The notes: generated by a model not told the origin, from the sequence alone. A DNA stretch of 64,000 nt from Promethearchaeota archaeon (GCA_016840085.1 JAEOTA010000056.1:5328-69327); one strand, 5' to 3'. Numbered from the stretch's first letter, positions 10,835-19,856 are shown. Numbers and translations: made by a program.

Positions 10835-11074
10835 TTAATCAACCGTAAATTCAGCTATAAGAATCTTATGATATTTAGGGTGTCTTTCATTAAAAGGAAT
10901 TTTTTCATCTCCATTGTAAATATATTGAGGGTTCTCAATTTCATAAACTTTAGAAAAAGGTATAACTGCTTCTGAGATGATTGGATAAAATTTTTCTTCA
11001 AAATCTTCAATAATTTCCTGAAAAATTCTTTGATTATATCCTAATACCCTCTTGATGTTCTCGTATATTAAATG
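10835..11074 (-). CDS. IPF-motif family protein, copy 3 (not in ORF track; no canonical start codon)
   Basis: Manual translation: ...ISEAVIPFSKVYEIENPQYIYNGDEKIPFNERHPKYHKILIAEFTVD*; frame open from 11074 to the stop at 10835. Confidence 0.75.
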   Translation of the reverse strand, partial: HLIYENIKRVLGYNQRIFQEIIEDFEEKFYPIISEAVIPFSKVYEIENPQYIYNGDEKIPFNERHPKYHKILIAEFTVD

Positions 11075-11265
11075 CTAGTCTTATCAAATTATTTAACATT
11101 TTATTAATAAACTGCTTATATTTAATGATAAACAAAACCAAACATTTAAACAAAAAAAATATTGGCTTTTCAGTATTTTCCACTGAAATAAATGAAAAAG
11201 AAATGCAATAATTAAAAATTAAGTGAAAAACCAAAAATAAATCACTAAAAAAAATAAAAAAAAAT

Positions 11266-11577
11266 TTAATCAGAAATTCGTTCTAATTTAAAACATACAG
11301 GGCGAATACCATCTGGACATGCGGTATATATCATATCCTCTCCAGTCCAAGTGGGAAACCCACCTCCACATTGTAGAATAGACACATTCTTGTATAACCC
11401 ATACCACGCATGATGACAAAAACCTTCTGGCATATCCCCTGTTTCGTCTACAATAAACTCCATTCCCTCTTTTATACCACATTTAGTAATTGGGGTTCCG
11501 TCAAGTCGGATAAACTCATGTCCTAGTACATCCTCCGGTCCAAATTGTTTTACTACAGTAATTTTCACCTTACTCAT
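11266..11577 (-). CDS. TIGR04076-like Cys-containing small protein
   Basis: KVKITV, MPEGFCHHAW, ACPDGIRPVCFKLERI. Confidence 0.85.
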   Translation of the reverse strand: MSKVKITVVKQFGPEDVLGHEFIRLDGTPITKCGIKEGMEFIVDETGDMPEGFCHHAWYGLYKNVSILQCGGGFPTWTGEDMIYTACPDGIRPVCFKLERISD

Positions 11578-11652
11578 AATATTTCCTCCTTTTTTATCTA
11601 TTTGAGTTAATTTATTATTTTATTGTTTTATTATATTTCTGTCATTTATATT

Positions 11653-11982
11653 TTAATCTGAAATTCGCTCTAATTTAAAGCAAACAGGTTTACGACCATC
11701 CGAACATGATGTATGTTGAATACCTTCTTTATGTCCATAAAAATTCCCATTAAAATAGAGTACAGAAAGATCTTTATAGATATCGCGCCACGCCCAGCCA
11801 CAAAATCCCTCTGGCATTTTTTCAATATGTTCCACTATGAATTCTTGTCCCTCATCGAAGGCACCGCATGTAGTTATTTTTGTTCCCGATGTAGAAAATA
11901 CTTCATGTCCAAATACATCAATCGGACTGAATTTCTTAATTACAGTAATTTTTACTTTTGAAATTTCAATATTCACCATCAA
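11653..11982 (-). CDS. TIGR04076-like small protein (tandem paralog)
   Basis: KVKITV, MPEGFCGWAW, SCSDGRKPVCFKLERISD. Confidence 0.85.
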   Translation of the reverse strand: MMVNIEISKVKITVIKKFSPIDVFGHEVFSTSGTKITTCGAFDEGQEFIVEHIEKMPEGFCGWAWRDIYKDLSVLYFNGNFYGHKEGIQHTSCSDGRKPVCFKLERISD

Positions 11983-12252
11983 AATTTATTTTAAAATATA
12001 GAGAATGATAAAATTTATAGTTTTATTTGTTGAACTTCACTAGAAGTAAAAATTAAAAGCGAACTTTTGAATTAAATTATCTAAATAATTAATAATTAAT
12101 AATAGAAAGCTTATAATTGGAATTGTCCTCAAAGAGTCGCTAATTCTAAGAGTGAGAATTTCCAAAAAATTAAATAGAATCTTAAACTCATTTTTCCCAT
12201 ATTTAGGTTAAAATTAGTGAACTAAATAGATTATAGAAAAGAAATATATAGT

Positions 12253-13059
12253 ATGATGACAACAAAAATAAAGTTTGTTGATTTGAGCTTGGAAATTAAG
12301 GAAGGATTGGGCGACTTGCCACCTGAATTTAAATACCTTGAAGAAGGTTTATCTGCTAAAATCAAACACTTAGATCATAAAGATAACATCTCCTTAATGG
12401 TAAGTTCTTTTCCTGGTATTTCCCCCGAGAATCTTCCAGATGGTTTAGCTTGGGCTGATGATCTTCTAACAATTGGTGTTCATATGGGTACACATATGGA
12501 TGCTCCATGGCATTATCACCCGACCAGCGAGGGGAAAAAATCAAAAACTATTGATGAAATCCCTATCGAATATTGTTTTAGTGATGGGGTTGTGCTCGAT
12601 ATGACTCATAAAGAATCAGGAGATTTGATAAGCTCAAAAGATATTCAGGAGGTTCTTCAAAAAATTAAGTATACACTAAAACCATTGGATATTGTCTTGA
12701 TCCGGACAGATGCCGATAAATTCTGGGATACATTAAAGTACTGGACAGATTATCCAGGAGTAGGAAGAGAAGGAACAATTTGGTTGATCAATCAGGGAGT
12801 AAAGGTGGTTGGAACTGACGCATCAGGCTGGGATCGTCCTTTTCATTTTCAAGCTAAAGAATTTCGTGAAACTAGAAATAAAAACTTAATCTGGGAAGGA
12901 CATTATGCAGGTATTGAGAGAGAATATTATCAGATGGAAAAATTAACTAACTTAGACAAACTTCCTCCATATGGGTTCAAAGTTAGCTGTTTTCCTATTA
13001 AAATATTAAAAGCTAGTGCAGCATGGGTAAGACCCGTCGCTATAATCGAGAAATTTTAA
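12253..13059 (+). CDS. Cyclase / kynurenine formamidase family metal hydrolase
   Basis: HMGTHMDAPWH, VGTD, EKLTNL, VRPVA. Confidence 0.92.
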   Translation: MMTTKIKFVDLSLEIKEGLGDLPPEFKYLEEGLSAKIKHLDHKDNISLMVSSFPGISPENLPDGLAWADDLLTIGVHMGTHMDAPWHYHPTSEGKKSKTIDEIPIEYCFSDGVVLDMTHKESGDLISSKDIQEVLQKIKYTLKPLDIVLIRTDADKFWDTLKYWTDYPGVGREGTIWLINQGVKVVGTDASGWDRPFHFQAKEFRETRNKNLIWEGHYAGIEREYYQMEKLTNLDKLPPYGFKVSCFPIKILKASAAWVRPVAIIEKF

Positions 13060-13125
13060 TAAAATTAATTATTCATTTTGGATTAAGTAATATAATAAAA
13101 AACATAATTATACAAATTTAATAGA

Positions 13126-13959
13126 TTGAAAAAAATGATAGCTATTAAAGATTTTAGAGATATAAAATATGAAAAAGAAGAAAATGGCATAGGAACTATA
13201 ACTATTAATCGGCCAGAACGCAGAAATGCTCTATCTCCAATAACCTTTCTAGAATTGGAATCGGCATTCGATCATATGGAACGAGATGATGATATTAGAG
13301 TTGTTATTATTACGGGGAACCAAGATGGAAATGCATTCTCTTCAGGGGCATATATGAGCCCAAAGATAGCGAGTGAGATGACACCTGAAATAAAGGAAAT
13401 GTTAGATCCAACTGATAAATCGTCAATACATATGGCTCGAAAAATTTTTGATTTTCCTAAACCAATTGTTGCTGCTGTGAATGGGTTAGCTATTGGTGGC
13501 GGGATTACAATGCTTTTGATTGGTGCGGATCTTATTTATGCCTCCGAAAATGCATATTTAGGCTTTTATTTTGTACAAAATGCGTTTATGTCAGAATTTG
13601 CTTCAACCTTTCTTTTACCCCTCTATTTTGGATTTCAAAAAGCAAAAGAAATTATATATTTCGGAGCAAAAATTGAAGCTCAGGAAGCATTTGAGCTTGG
13701 TTTAGTCAATAAAGTACTTCCTCTTAATGAATTAGTACCTTATACGAGAGAACAGGCATTGAAATTAATCACTCCAAAAGCACCTGGGTTATCCATCAGA
13801 TTAATGAGGAAAGCCGTGCACGATATTTTTAAAGCTCAAATATACAAAATCCTAGATATAGAAAATGAAGGTTATACAACATTACTGAAATCAGAAAATG
13901 TAGGAATAGCAATATCTGCTAGACGTAAAAAAATAGAACCTGTATTTAAGGAAAGATAA
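13126..13959 (+). CDS. Enoyl-CoA hydratase/isomerase family protein
   Basis: ITINRPERRNAL, AFSSGA, KPIVAAVNGLAIGGG. Confidence 0.92.
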   Translation: MKKMIAIKDFRDIKYEKEENGIGTITINRPERRNALSPITFLELESAFDHMERDDDIRVVIITGNQDGNAFSSGAYMSPKIASEMTPEIKEMLDPTDKSSIHMARKIFDFPKPIVAAVNGLAIGGGITMLLIGADLIYASENAYLGFYFVQNAFMSEFASTFLLPLYFGFQKAKEIIYFGAKIEAQEAFELGLVNKVLPLNELVPYTREQALKLITPKAPGLSIRLMRKAVHDIFKAQIYKILDIENEGYTTLLKSENVGIAISARRKKIEPVFKER

Positions 13960-13974
13960 GATCCATTTTTTTTC

Positions 13975-14043
13975 TTAGATTAAGTTTGCAAATTCTTTTC
14001 TTAAAATCATCAAACATTCTAGATCTCTCTCTTAAAAATGAAT
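13975..14043 (-). pseudogene. 3' remnant of an IPF-motif family gene (copy 4)
   Basis: Translates IHF*ERDLECLMILRKEFANLI*; 54/69 nt identical (hand count) to the 3' end of the copy at 16269-16337. Confidence 0.75.
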
Positions 14044-14124
14044 TGGGGTTCGTATGGGTCTGGAAGTTCATAAATGAGAATTTTGACTATAATTTGTCGT
14101 TCTCTTATCAATCGCTTTTTACAT

Positions 14125-14137
14125 AAAAGCTTAAATA
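14125..14137 (+). promoter_or_regulatory. Putative archaeal BRE/TATA promoter of the beta-propeller gene
   Basis: AAAAGCTTAAATA about 85 nt upstream of ATG 14222; the same 13-mer occurs at 57996-58008. Confidence 0.4.
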
Positions 14138-14221
14138 TCCTTTTGACAAATATATAATTAAATCTTTTAACAAATAATCTGAAGATTTAGTTTAGAAATT
14201 TAAAATAAAATGGCGAAATAA

Positions 14222-16123
14222 ATGAAAAATAAAAAAATTTTAATAGTGTTAATACTCCTTATTTTAAATTTTAGCTTCGTGTTTCAGAAATATAACACTA
14301 TTAATACAGTTCAAGAAGAATGCGACAAGAAAGAAATAAACCCTATATTATCTTCTAGTATTTCTATTGCATACGAATGGAATAGGACATGGGACGGAGG
14401 TATTAATGATGAGGATTTGGCTTATGGAATCGTATTAGATACATCAGGTAATATTTATCTTGGGGGATATACATACAATAGTGTGAGTTATTATGACATA
14501 TGTGTGGTAAAATTTAACAGCTCTGGTGACTACCAATGGAATAGCACATGGGACGGAGGTATTAATGATGATGATTGGGCAAATGGAATAGCATTAGATC
14601 CATTAGGCAATATTTATCTTGCGGGAGTTACCTATAATACGGTAAGTGATTACGACATGTGTGTAGTAAAATTTAATAGCTCTGGTGATTATCAATGGAG
14701 TAGCACATGGGATGGAGGTATTAATGATGATGATAGGGCAAATGGAATAGCATTAGATTCATCAGGTAATATCTACCTTGCGGGATCAACATATAAACTT
14801 GAGAGTAATCACGACATGTGTGTAATAAAATTTAACAGCTCTGGTGACTATCAATGGAATAGCACATGGGATGGAGGTATTAATGATGATGATTATGTTT
14901 ATGGAATAGCATTAGATTCATCAGGTAATAATATCTATCTTGCAGGTGAAACCTACAACAGTGTGAGTCGTCGCGACATGTGTGTAGTAAAATTTGATGA
15001 CTCTGGTGATTATCAATGGAGTAGCACATGGAATGGAGGTATTAATGATAATGATAGGGCATATGGAATAACATTAGATTCATTAGAAAATATCTTTCTT
15101 GCGGGATACACAATAACTCCAGCAAGTTATTACGACATGTGTATAGTAAAATTTGATGACTCTGGTGATTATCAATGGAATAACACATGGGATGGAGGTG
15201 TTAATAATTGGGATTTAGCTTATGGATTAGTATTAGATTCATTAGAAAATATTTTTCTTGCGGGCTTTACAATAAATCCAGCGAGTGGTCTAGACATGTG
15301 TGTAGTAAAATTTGATGACTCTGGTGATTATCAATGGAGTAGCACATGGGATGGAGGTTTTAATGATGAGGATGTAGCTTATGGAATCGCATTCGATTCA
15401 TCAGAGAATATCTATCTTGCAGGATATACACATAAACCAGGGAGTTATGACGACATGTGTTTAGTGAAATATAATTCAGCACCAAAGATTAAGATTAATA
15501 CACCAATCCAGAATAATTATTATAGCATAATTGCCCCAAATTTTGAGATTTCTATTCTTGATTCAGAGTTAGATACTACGTGGTATACTTTAGATGAAGG
15601 GACAACAAACATTATATTTAGTGGATCAATAGGCAATATTAGTCAAGCAGAATGGGATAAAAAAGGCGAAGGTTTAATTACTATTAATTTCCATGCAAAT
15701 GATTCTATAGGCCTTGAGGGAACTTCAGGGGTATCTGTCTATAAAGATATAACGGCTCCAACCTCATCAATATCTTTTACACCGCATAAAGGAACTAATA
15801 TAGTGAAAAAATCAACCAGCTTCAATCTAACTGCTGATGATGGACAAGGTTCAGGCGTTGCTTCGATTATGTATAAAATTAATGATGGGGATTGGACTAA
15901 TTATAGCGATCCATTTGATTTATCTGATTTTAAATCCGGCAATCATAATATCTCATATTATTCAATTGACAAAGTGGGCAATATGGAAAATATAAACTCA
16001 CAACTAGTAAAAATACCTGGACCAGGCGTAATCCCTGGATACAACCTTTTACTTGTGATAAGCTTAATTTGTGTAATTTCAGTTGTTACTATTAAATATC
16101 GAAATAAAAGTCTAAAGAAATAA
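14222..16123 (+). CDS. Secreted SBBP-type 7-bladed beta-propeller surface protein with Ig-like stalk and IPGY/TM/basic C-terminal anchor
   Basis: Signal peptide; 7 repeats W..TWDGG..DD.A.GI.LD..GNIYLAG.T....DMCVVKF; DITAPTS Ig-like domain; IPGY-TM-KYRNK tail. Confidence 0.9.
   Translation: MKNKKILIVLILLILNFSFVFQKYNTINTVQEECDKKEINPILSSSISIAYEWNRTWDGGINDEDLAYGIVLDTSGNIYLGGYTYNSVSYYDICVVKFNSSGDYQWNSTWDGGINDDDWANGIALDPLGNIYLAGVTYNTVSDYDMCVVKFNSSGDYQWSSTWDGGINDDDRANGIALDSSGNIYLAGSTYKLESNHDMCVIKFNSSGDYQWNSTWDGGINDDDYVYGIALDSSGNNIYLAGETYNSVSRRDMCVVKFDDSGDYQWSSTWNGGINDNDRAYGITLDSLENIFLAGYTITPASYYDMCIVKFDDSGDYQWNNTWDGGVNNWDLAYGLVLDSLENIFLAGFTINPASGLDMCVVKFDDSGDYQWSSTWDGGFNDEDVAYGIAFDSSENIYLAGYTHKPGSYDDMCLVKYNSAPKIKINTPIQNNYYSIIAPNFEISILDSELDTTWYTLDEGTTNIIFSGSIGNISQAEWDKKGEGLITINFHANDSIGLEGTSGVSVYKDITAPTSSISFTPHKGTNIVKKSTSFNLTADDGQGSGVASIMYKINDGDWTNYSDPFDLSDFKSGNHNISYYSIDKVGNMENINSQLVKIPGPGVIPGYNLLLVISLICVISVVTIKYRNKSLKK
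14375..15478 (+). repeat. Seven intragenic tandem repeats of 159 bp (one unit 162 bp)
   Basis: Trp codon of the WDGG/WNGG motif at 14390, 14549, 14708, 14867, 15029, 15188, 15347. Confidence 0.92.
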
Positions 16124-16268
16124 ATACAATTTTTTTTCTATTTTTTTAATGAATATTTCTTTTCAAAATTATAATAGTATGGTCATATCGAAAGAAAATA
16201 TACTAATGAAACATGGCTTATTTAATGGCATAATCTAAGATATCAAAATACAAAAATAAATTCTCTTC

Positions 16269-16497
16269 TTAGAAACAATTTGCAAATTCTTGTCTTAAAA
16301 TCATCTTATATTCCGGATCTCTTTCTTTGAAGGGAATTTTTTCCACTACCAGAATAAATATCAATTGATTTATGAGATTTAAACATTTTAGTAAAAGGAA
16401 TGATAATCTGAGAGAAATCTGTACTTTTTTCTAAAACAATTTTATCCGGGCGTACAATGGATTCTTGAGAAAACTTATCTAATTTTCCAGAACTCAT
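16269..16497 (-). pseudogene. Frameshifted IPF-motif family gene (copy 5)
   Basis: FSQIIIPFTKMFKSHKSIDIYSGS, then one extra G; shifted frame continues EKIPFKERDPEYKMILRQEFANCF*, matching the intact copy at 17152..17427. Confidence 0.85.
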
Positions 16498-16512
16498 TTT
16501 AATATCACTTCC

Positions 16513-16997
16513 TTATTCTTTTACAATTAATTTTCCTCTTATTTGGAGTTTAATTCCAAGTTTTTCTAATTTATTTCGATATTCAAATATAATATCTCTC
16601 AGAATTTTCTTACTGATTTCTAGTTGTTCTGCCAAGATGTTAAATTCTATTTCATTGAATAGTTCTGAATACCTTACTATTTTCTGAACTTAATCTTGTA
16701 TAACTTGATCATAATCTGCTATTTCGATTTCTCTTGTAATATCATTTAATCTAAATTATATTTGCAAGTACATTAAGCTTCTCCGTCTAATTATATAAAT
16801 TTTTCATAATAAGGGATGCTCCATCGAAGAAAAATTCAATTTTCTTTAGTAATTTTAAATTCTCAGAAATAATCTTCTATTCTAACTTCAGATGATTTAG
16901 AATTAGCCAGTTTTTTAATTATCCTATCATAAAAAATATCCAAATAAACCACATGAACTACTGGTTTAAAAAATAATTTATCAATTCTTTCTGTCAA
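16513..16997 (-). pseudogene. Degraded paralog of the RHH/HTH gene 17450..17911
   Basis: From TTG 16997: ..VHVVYLDIFYDRIIKKLAN..*; another frame gives ..IQD*VQKIVRYSELFNEIEFNILAEQLEISKKILRDIIFEYRNKLEKLGIKLQIRGKLIVKE*; in-frame stops plus a frame change. Confidence 0.75.
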
Positions 16998-17151
16998 TCA
17001 GAATAACTAAAAATAGAATTGAAATTTAAGTCTTTTTAATCAATAAATCTAAGAAAAGTTATGTGTAATTTTTAGAATCTGTTATCATTTTCAACTGTTT
17101 TTTGTTCTAGCGCTGGTACTTTAAAAAAAGTTAAAAATGTAAGGCCAGATA

Positions 17152-17427
17152 TTAAAGAGTAGGAAATTTTATAACTGATTTATAGACCTTAAATTCAACT
17201 TTTAAGATATTGGCAAACTCTTGCCTTAAAATCATTTTATATTCAGGATCTCTTTCTTTAAATGGAATTTTTTCATTTCCAGAATATATATCAGAGGTTT
17301 CATATTTCCTAAAGAGTTTTGAGAAAGGAATGACAATTTCAGAAAGATTCAAATGCATTTCAAAGATTTCTTTTTGAATTTTTTCATCAAATGTATTAAG
17401 TAATTTATTTGAACTCATAATGCTCAA
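17152..17427 (-). CDS. IPF-motif family protein, copy 6 (intact)
   Basis: LSEIVIPFSKLFRKYETSDIYSGNEKIPFKERDPEYKMILRQEFAN; 22 nt downstream of the RHH gene. Confidence 0.85.
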   Translation of the reverse strand: MSIMSSNKLLNTFDEKIQKEIFEMHLNLSEIVIPFSKLFRKYETSDIYSGNEKIPFKERDPEYKMILRQEFANILKVEFKVYKSVIKFPTL

Positions 17428-17449
17428 TCTTTAGTTTATTTTATTTGAC

Positions 17450-17911
17450 TTAAATTTTAAATATTTGACCTTCTTTTAATTTTAGATTTAAACCTACTTT
17501 TTTAATCTCTTTACTATGTGTAAATATAATTTTTTTAATTATTTTGTTAGGAACATCAAAATGATCTGCTAGATCATCAATATCTACAACTTCGACTATT
17601 TCAAAAAACTCGGGAAGCTCTTTAATAATATCCTTCTCAATTTTTCGTAATGTCTTATCTAAAGCTAAACTTGCAGATTCAGAAAAAATTTCATCTGAAA
17701 TCTCCTTTATATCTACTCCATAATTTTTCTTTAGTAAATCAGGATTACTTTCAATCCATTGATGAACTATATTTCTCATACTATTTGAAAGAGATATATT
17801 TCTATTGGTAGCCATTTTATTTATTACTCTATGATCAAAATCATCTAATTTGACAGTAATTCTTGTTTTTTTCTCTTCAATATCCTCTTGATTTGTAGAT
17901 TCAGATGGCAT
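17450..17911 (-). CDS. Ribbon-helix-helix (CopG-like) + C-terminal HTH-like DNA-binding protein
   Basis: RITVKLDD..RVINKMATNRNISLSNSMRNIV RHH pattern; VDIDDLADHFDVPNKIIKKII HTH-like. Confidence 0.78.
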   Translation of the reverse strand: MPSESTNQEDIEEKKTRITVKLDDFDHRVINKMATNRNISLSNSMRNIVHQWIESNPDLLKKNYGVDIKEISDEIFSESASLALDKTLRKIEKDIIKELPEFFEIVEVVDIDDLADHFDVPNKIIKKIIFTHSKEIKKVGLNLKLKEGQIFKI

Positions 17912-17992
17912 TCTTCTAATCCGACAAAATTAACCAGTTGAGATATAAATGATCATTAAAGTATATAAATATTTGCATTCTTGATTCGAAAG

Positions 17993-18010
17993 TGCATCGA
18001 TTGTGATGCA
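17993..18010. promoter_or_regulatory. Inverted repeat TGCATC-N6-GATGCA in the divergent promoter region (candidate operator)
   Basis: Perfect 6-bp arms in an AT-rich spacer between 17911(-) and 18102(+). Confidence 0.4.
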
Positions 18011-18101
18011 TAAATTTAAATATGAATTAATTCAATAATATCTTAATAATATCAAAATGACACTACGATATTACTAACATTTAAAAAAGAATTAGGATTC
18101 T

Positions 18102-18752
18102 GTGTGTAAAATGTTAGAACTCTATACCCCTAATTATGAAGTAATAAGTACCAAAGAACGAATAACCATTGATTTAATAAAAGATGGTCAAGAATTCTTG
18201 GAGCAATTTGACATTAACCATGAATTTTTATTAGATACTGTTTCCTTAGTATATAGATATTTAAGGATCAATGAGAAAATTCCCCATAATTTATATAAAT
18301 TCTTTGTGGCTGCATATTACATAATAACCAGACATCCATATAATTTTCCTGTTCATGAAACTAAGAGTGAACTTTGTCAGAAATTTGGCTTACAGGTGAG
18401 TTCTTTAGAGTATTGCGTAGAAAAGATGATTAACTCATTGAATTATATTAAATTATTAGATGATTCGAATTTCCCATATTTTGTTGATCCTGAACGAGAC
18501 ATTCGGTTAAATCTAACAAAAAGTATTACGAAGAAGAAAGTTGATAAAGCGATGATGAATTTTCTACTCTATCATCAACCAATAAACTCGCAAATCCTTA
18601 CTGAAGAGTTAGTACATGAAATAATTTTTGAACAAAAAGCGTTTCCAGAGGAACTTTTCCGTCAATTATATGAAATAATAATTGAATTCGTTGAAAAGCA
18701 ATTTATAGACTATAATGAATATGCAAAAATGCAACAAAAATATTTTATATAA
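18102..18752 (+). CDS. Protein with a single TFIIB/cyclin-like repeat
   Basis: FVAAYYIITR...TKSELCQKFGLQVSSL resembles the TFB AAxxYIAxR...TxxEVAxxxGVxxxTI; no zinc ribbon; alternative ATG at 18111. Confidence 0.6.
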   Translation: MCKMLELYTPNYEVISTKERITIDLIKDGQEFLEQFDINHEFLLDTVSLVYRYLRINEKIPHNLYKFFVAAYYIITRHPYNFPVHETKSELCQKFGLQVSSLEYCVEKMINSLNYIKLLDDSNFPYFVDPERDIRLNLTKSITKKKVDKAMMNFLLYHQPINSQILTEELVHEIIFEQKAFPEELFRQLYEIIIEFVEKQFIDYNEYAKMQQKYFI

Positions 18753-18800
18753 ATATCTGAATTGATACTAATTTAGAATTAATAACAATCTAAAGAAAAC

Positions 18801-19640
18801 CTATTTCTTTTTTATTATATATCCGCATTGTGGACAAAAATTTAAATGCTCAGTTATTTGCATACCACAAAATTTACATCTAAAAGAAAATGTTTTTGGT
18901 TCCGCTTCTTTGGGTTCGGAAAATGATGAAATTGGGTCTGATTGGATAATCGAGGTAGTTTGAGGTTTTATATCCTTTTGTTCTGTGATTGATGGAACTG
19001 TTTGTAATTTTCTATCTGTATCTTGATGAACCTCAATAATAGCTTTTAAAGCTTTTTCATTAATTTTATCTTCTTTAGCATCTAAATTGATTGGAGTGGG
19101 TTTTGTTTTTTTAAACTTTGGTATAATATCTTTAGCTATAGGCTTTAAAGGAGGTACCAGGTCTTCTACTGGAATTGTTTGCCTTTTATCAATATATTCT
19201 TCAAAATCATTTTTAGTAGCTTTTCTTAAACTGTACCGATTCCCACAAATCTCGCAAAAATCTCTAATTGTATCTGTGAAATTCTTGCAGTTATCACAAA
19301 TAAAAGGCTGAGCTTCTAGAAAGGTTTTCCTATCTTGTATTAACGGTGTTAGAAATCCCACGCTCTCTCTATCACGATCTCTTTTTTCTTTTTTTTCTCT
19401 TTTAGGTTTAAAAGAAGAATTTTCAGTTTTAGGTTTGTAAGTAACTATATGATAATGAATTTCTCCGTTATATAGAGTTGAATATATTTTTCCACTAGAT
19501 TTCAATTCATTTAAGATTTTTGTGAGATGTTTTTTGCCATATTTTATCTCATTAGAAGGTAATATAAAATTATCTAATCTTTTCTTCAAAGCATTAACTG
19601 AAAGTGCTTTTCCTTGATATTCTTTCAAGTAATTAAGCAA
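18801..19640 (-). CDS. Winged-helix + zinc-ribbon protein
   Basis: LTKILNELKSSGKI wHTH; CDNC..CEICG and CKFCG..CPQCG ribbons. Confidence 0.7.
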   Translation of the reverse strand: MLNYLKEYQGKALSVNALKKRLDNFILPSNEIKYGKKHLTKILNELKSSGKIYSTLYNGEIHYHIVTYKPKTENSSFKPKREKKEKRDRDRESVGFLTPLIQDRKTFLEAQPFICDNCKNFTDTIRDFCEICGNRYSLRKATKNDFEEYIDKRQTIPVEDLVPPLKPIAKDIIPKFKKTKPTPINLDAKEDKINEKALKAIIEVHQDTDRKLQTVPSITEQKDIKPQTTSIIQSDPISSFSEPKEAEPKTFSFRCKFCGMQITEHLNFCPQCGYIIKKK

Positions 19641-19856
19641 AATATTTGCTAACTTGATTGATTTCTTAATTAAAAACCAACTTTTTTAATTGTTTTGGAT
19701 ATTATCTATTGTTGTTAATAGAAATGTTATTATTTAAATATTTTTCTTAGTAGTAGTCGATTTCCCATTTCATTTATAATAGAGTAAGGATGATCTATTT
19801 CAAATTTTAAATAAATAAAAAAGAGTATTTAGAAATTCTTACTTAGAATTTTATTA

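Noticed and set aside
11034-11234. 66-aa ORF from the track
   Set aside because: Low-complexity AT-rich translation that overlaps the better-supported IPF-family frame
11983-12252. Possible riboswitch or ncRNA in the intergenic region
   Set aside because: No recognisable riboswitch consensus or convincing stem
14375-15478. CRISPR array or DGR variable/template repeats
   Set aside because: Repeats are in-frame protein blades without unique spacers; no cas or reverse transcriptase gene in the window
10045-17427. IPF-family copies as MITEs or integron cassettes
   Set aside because: Conservation is at protein level; no terminal inverted repeats, target-site duplications, attC-like sites or integrase seen
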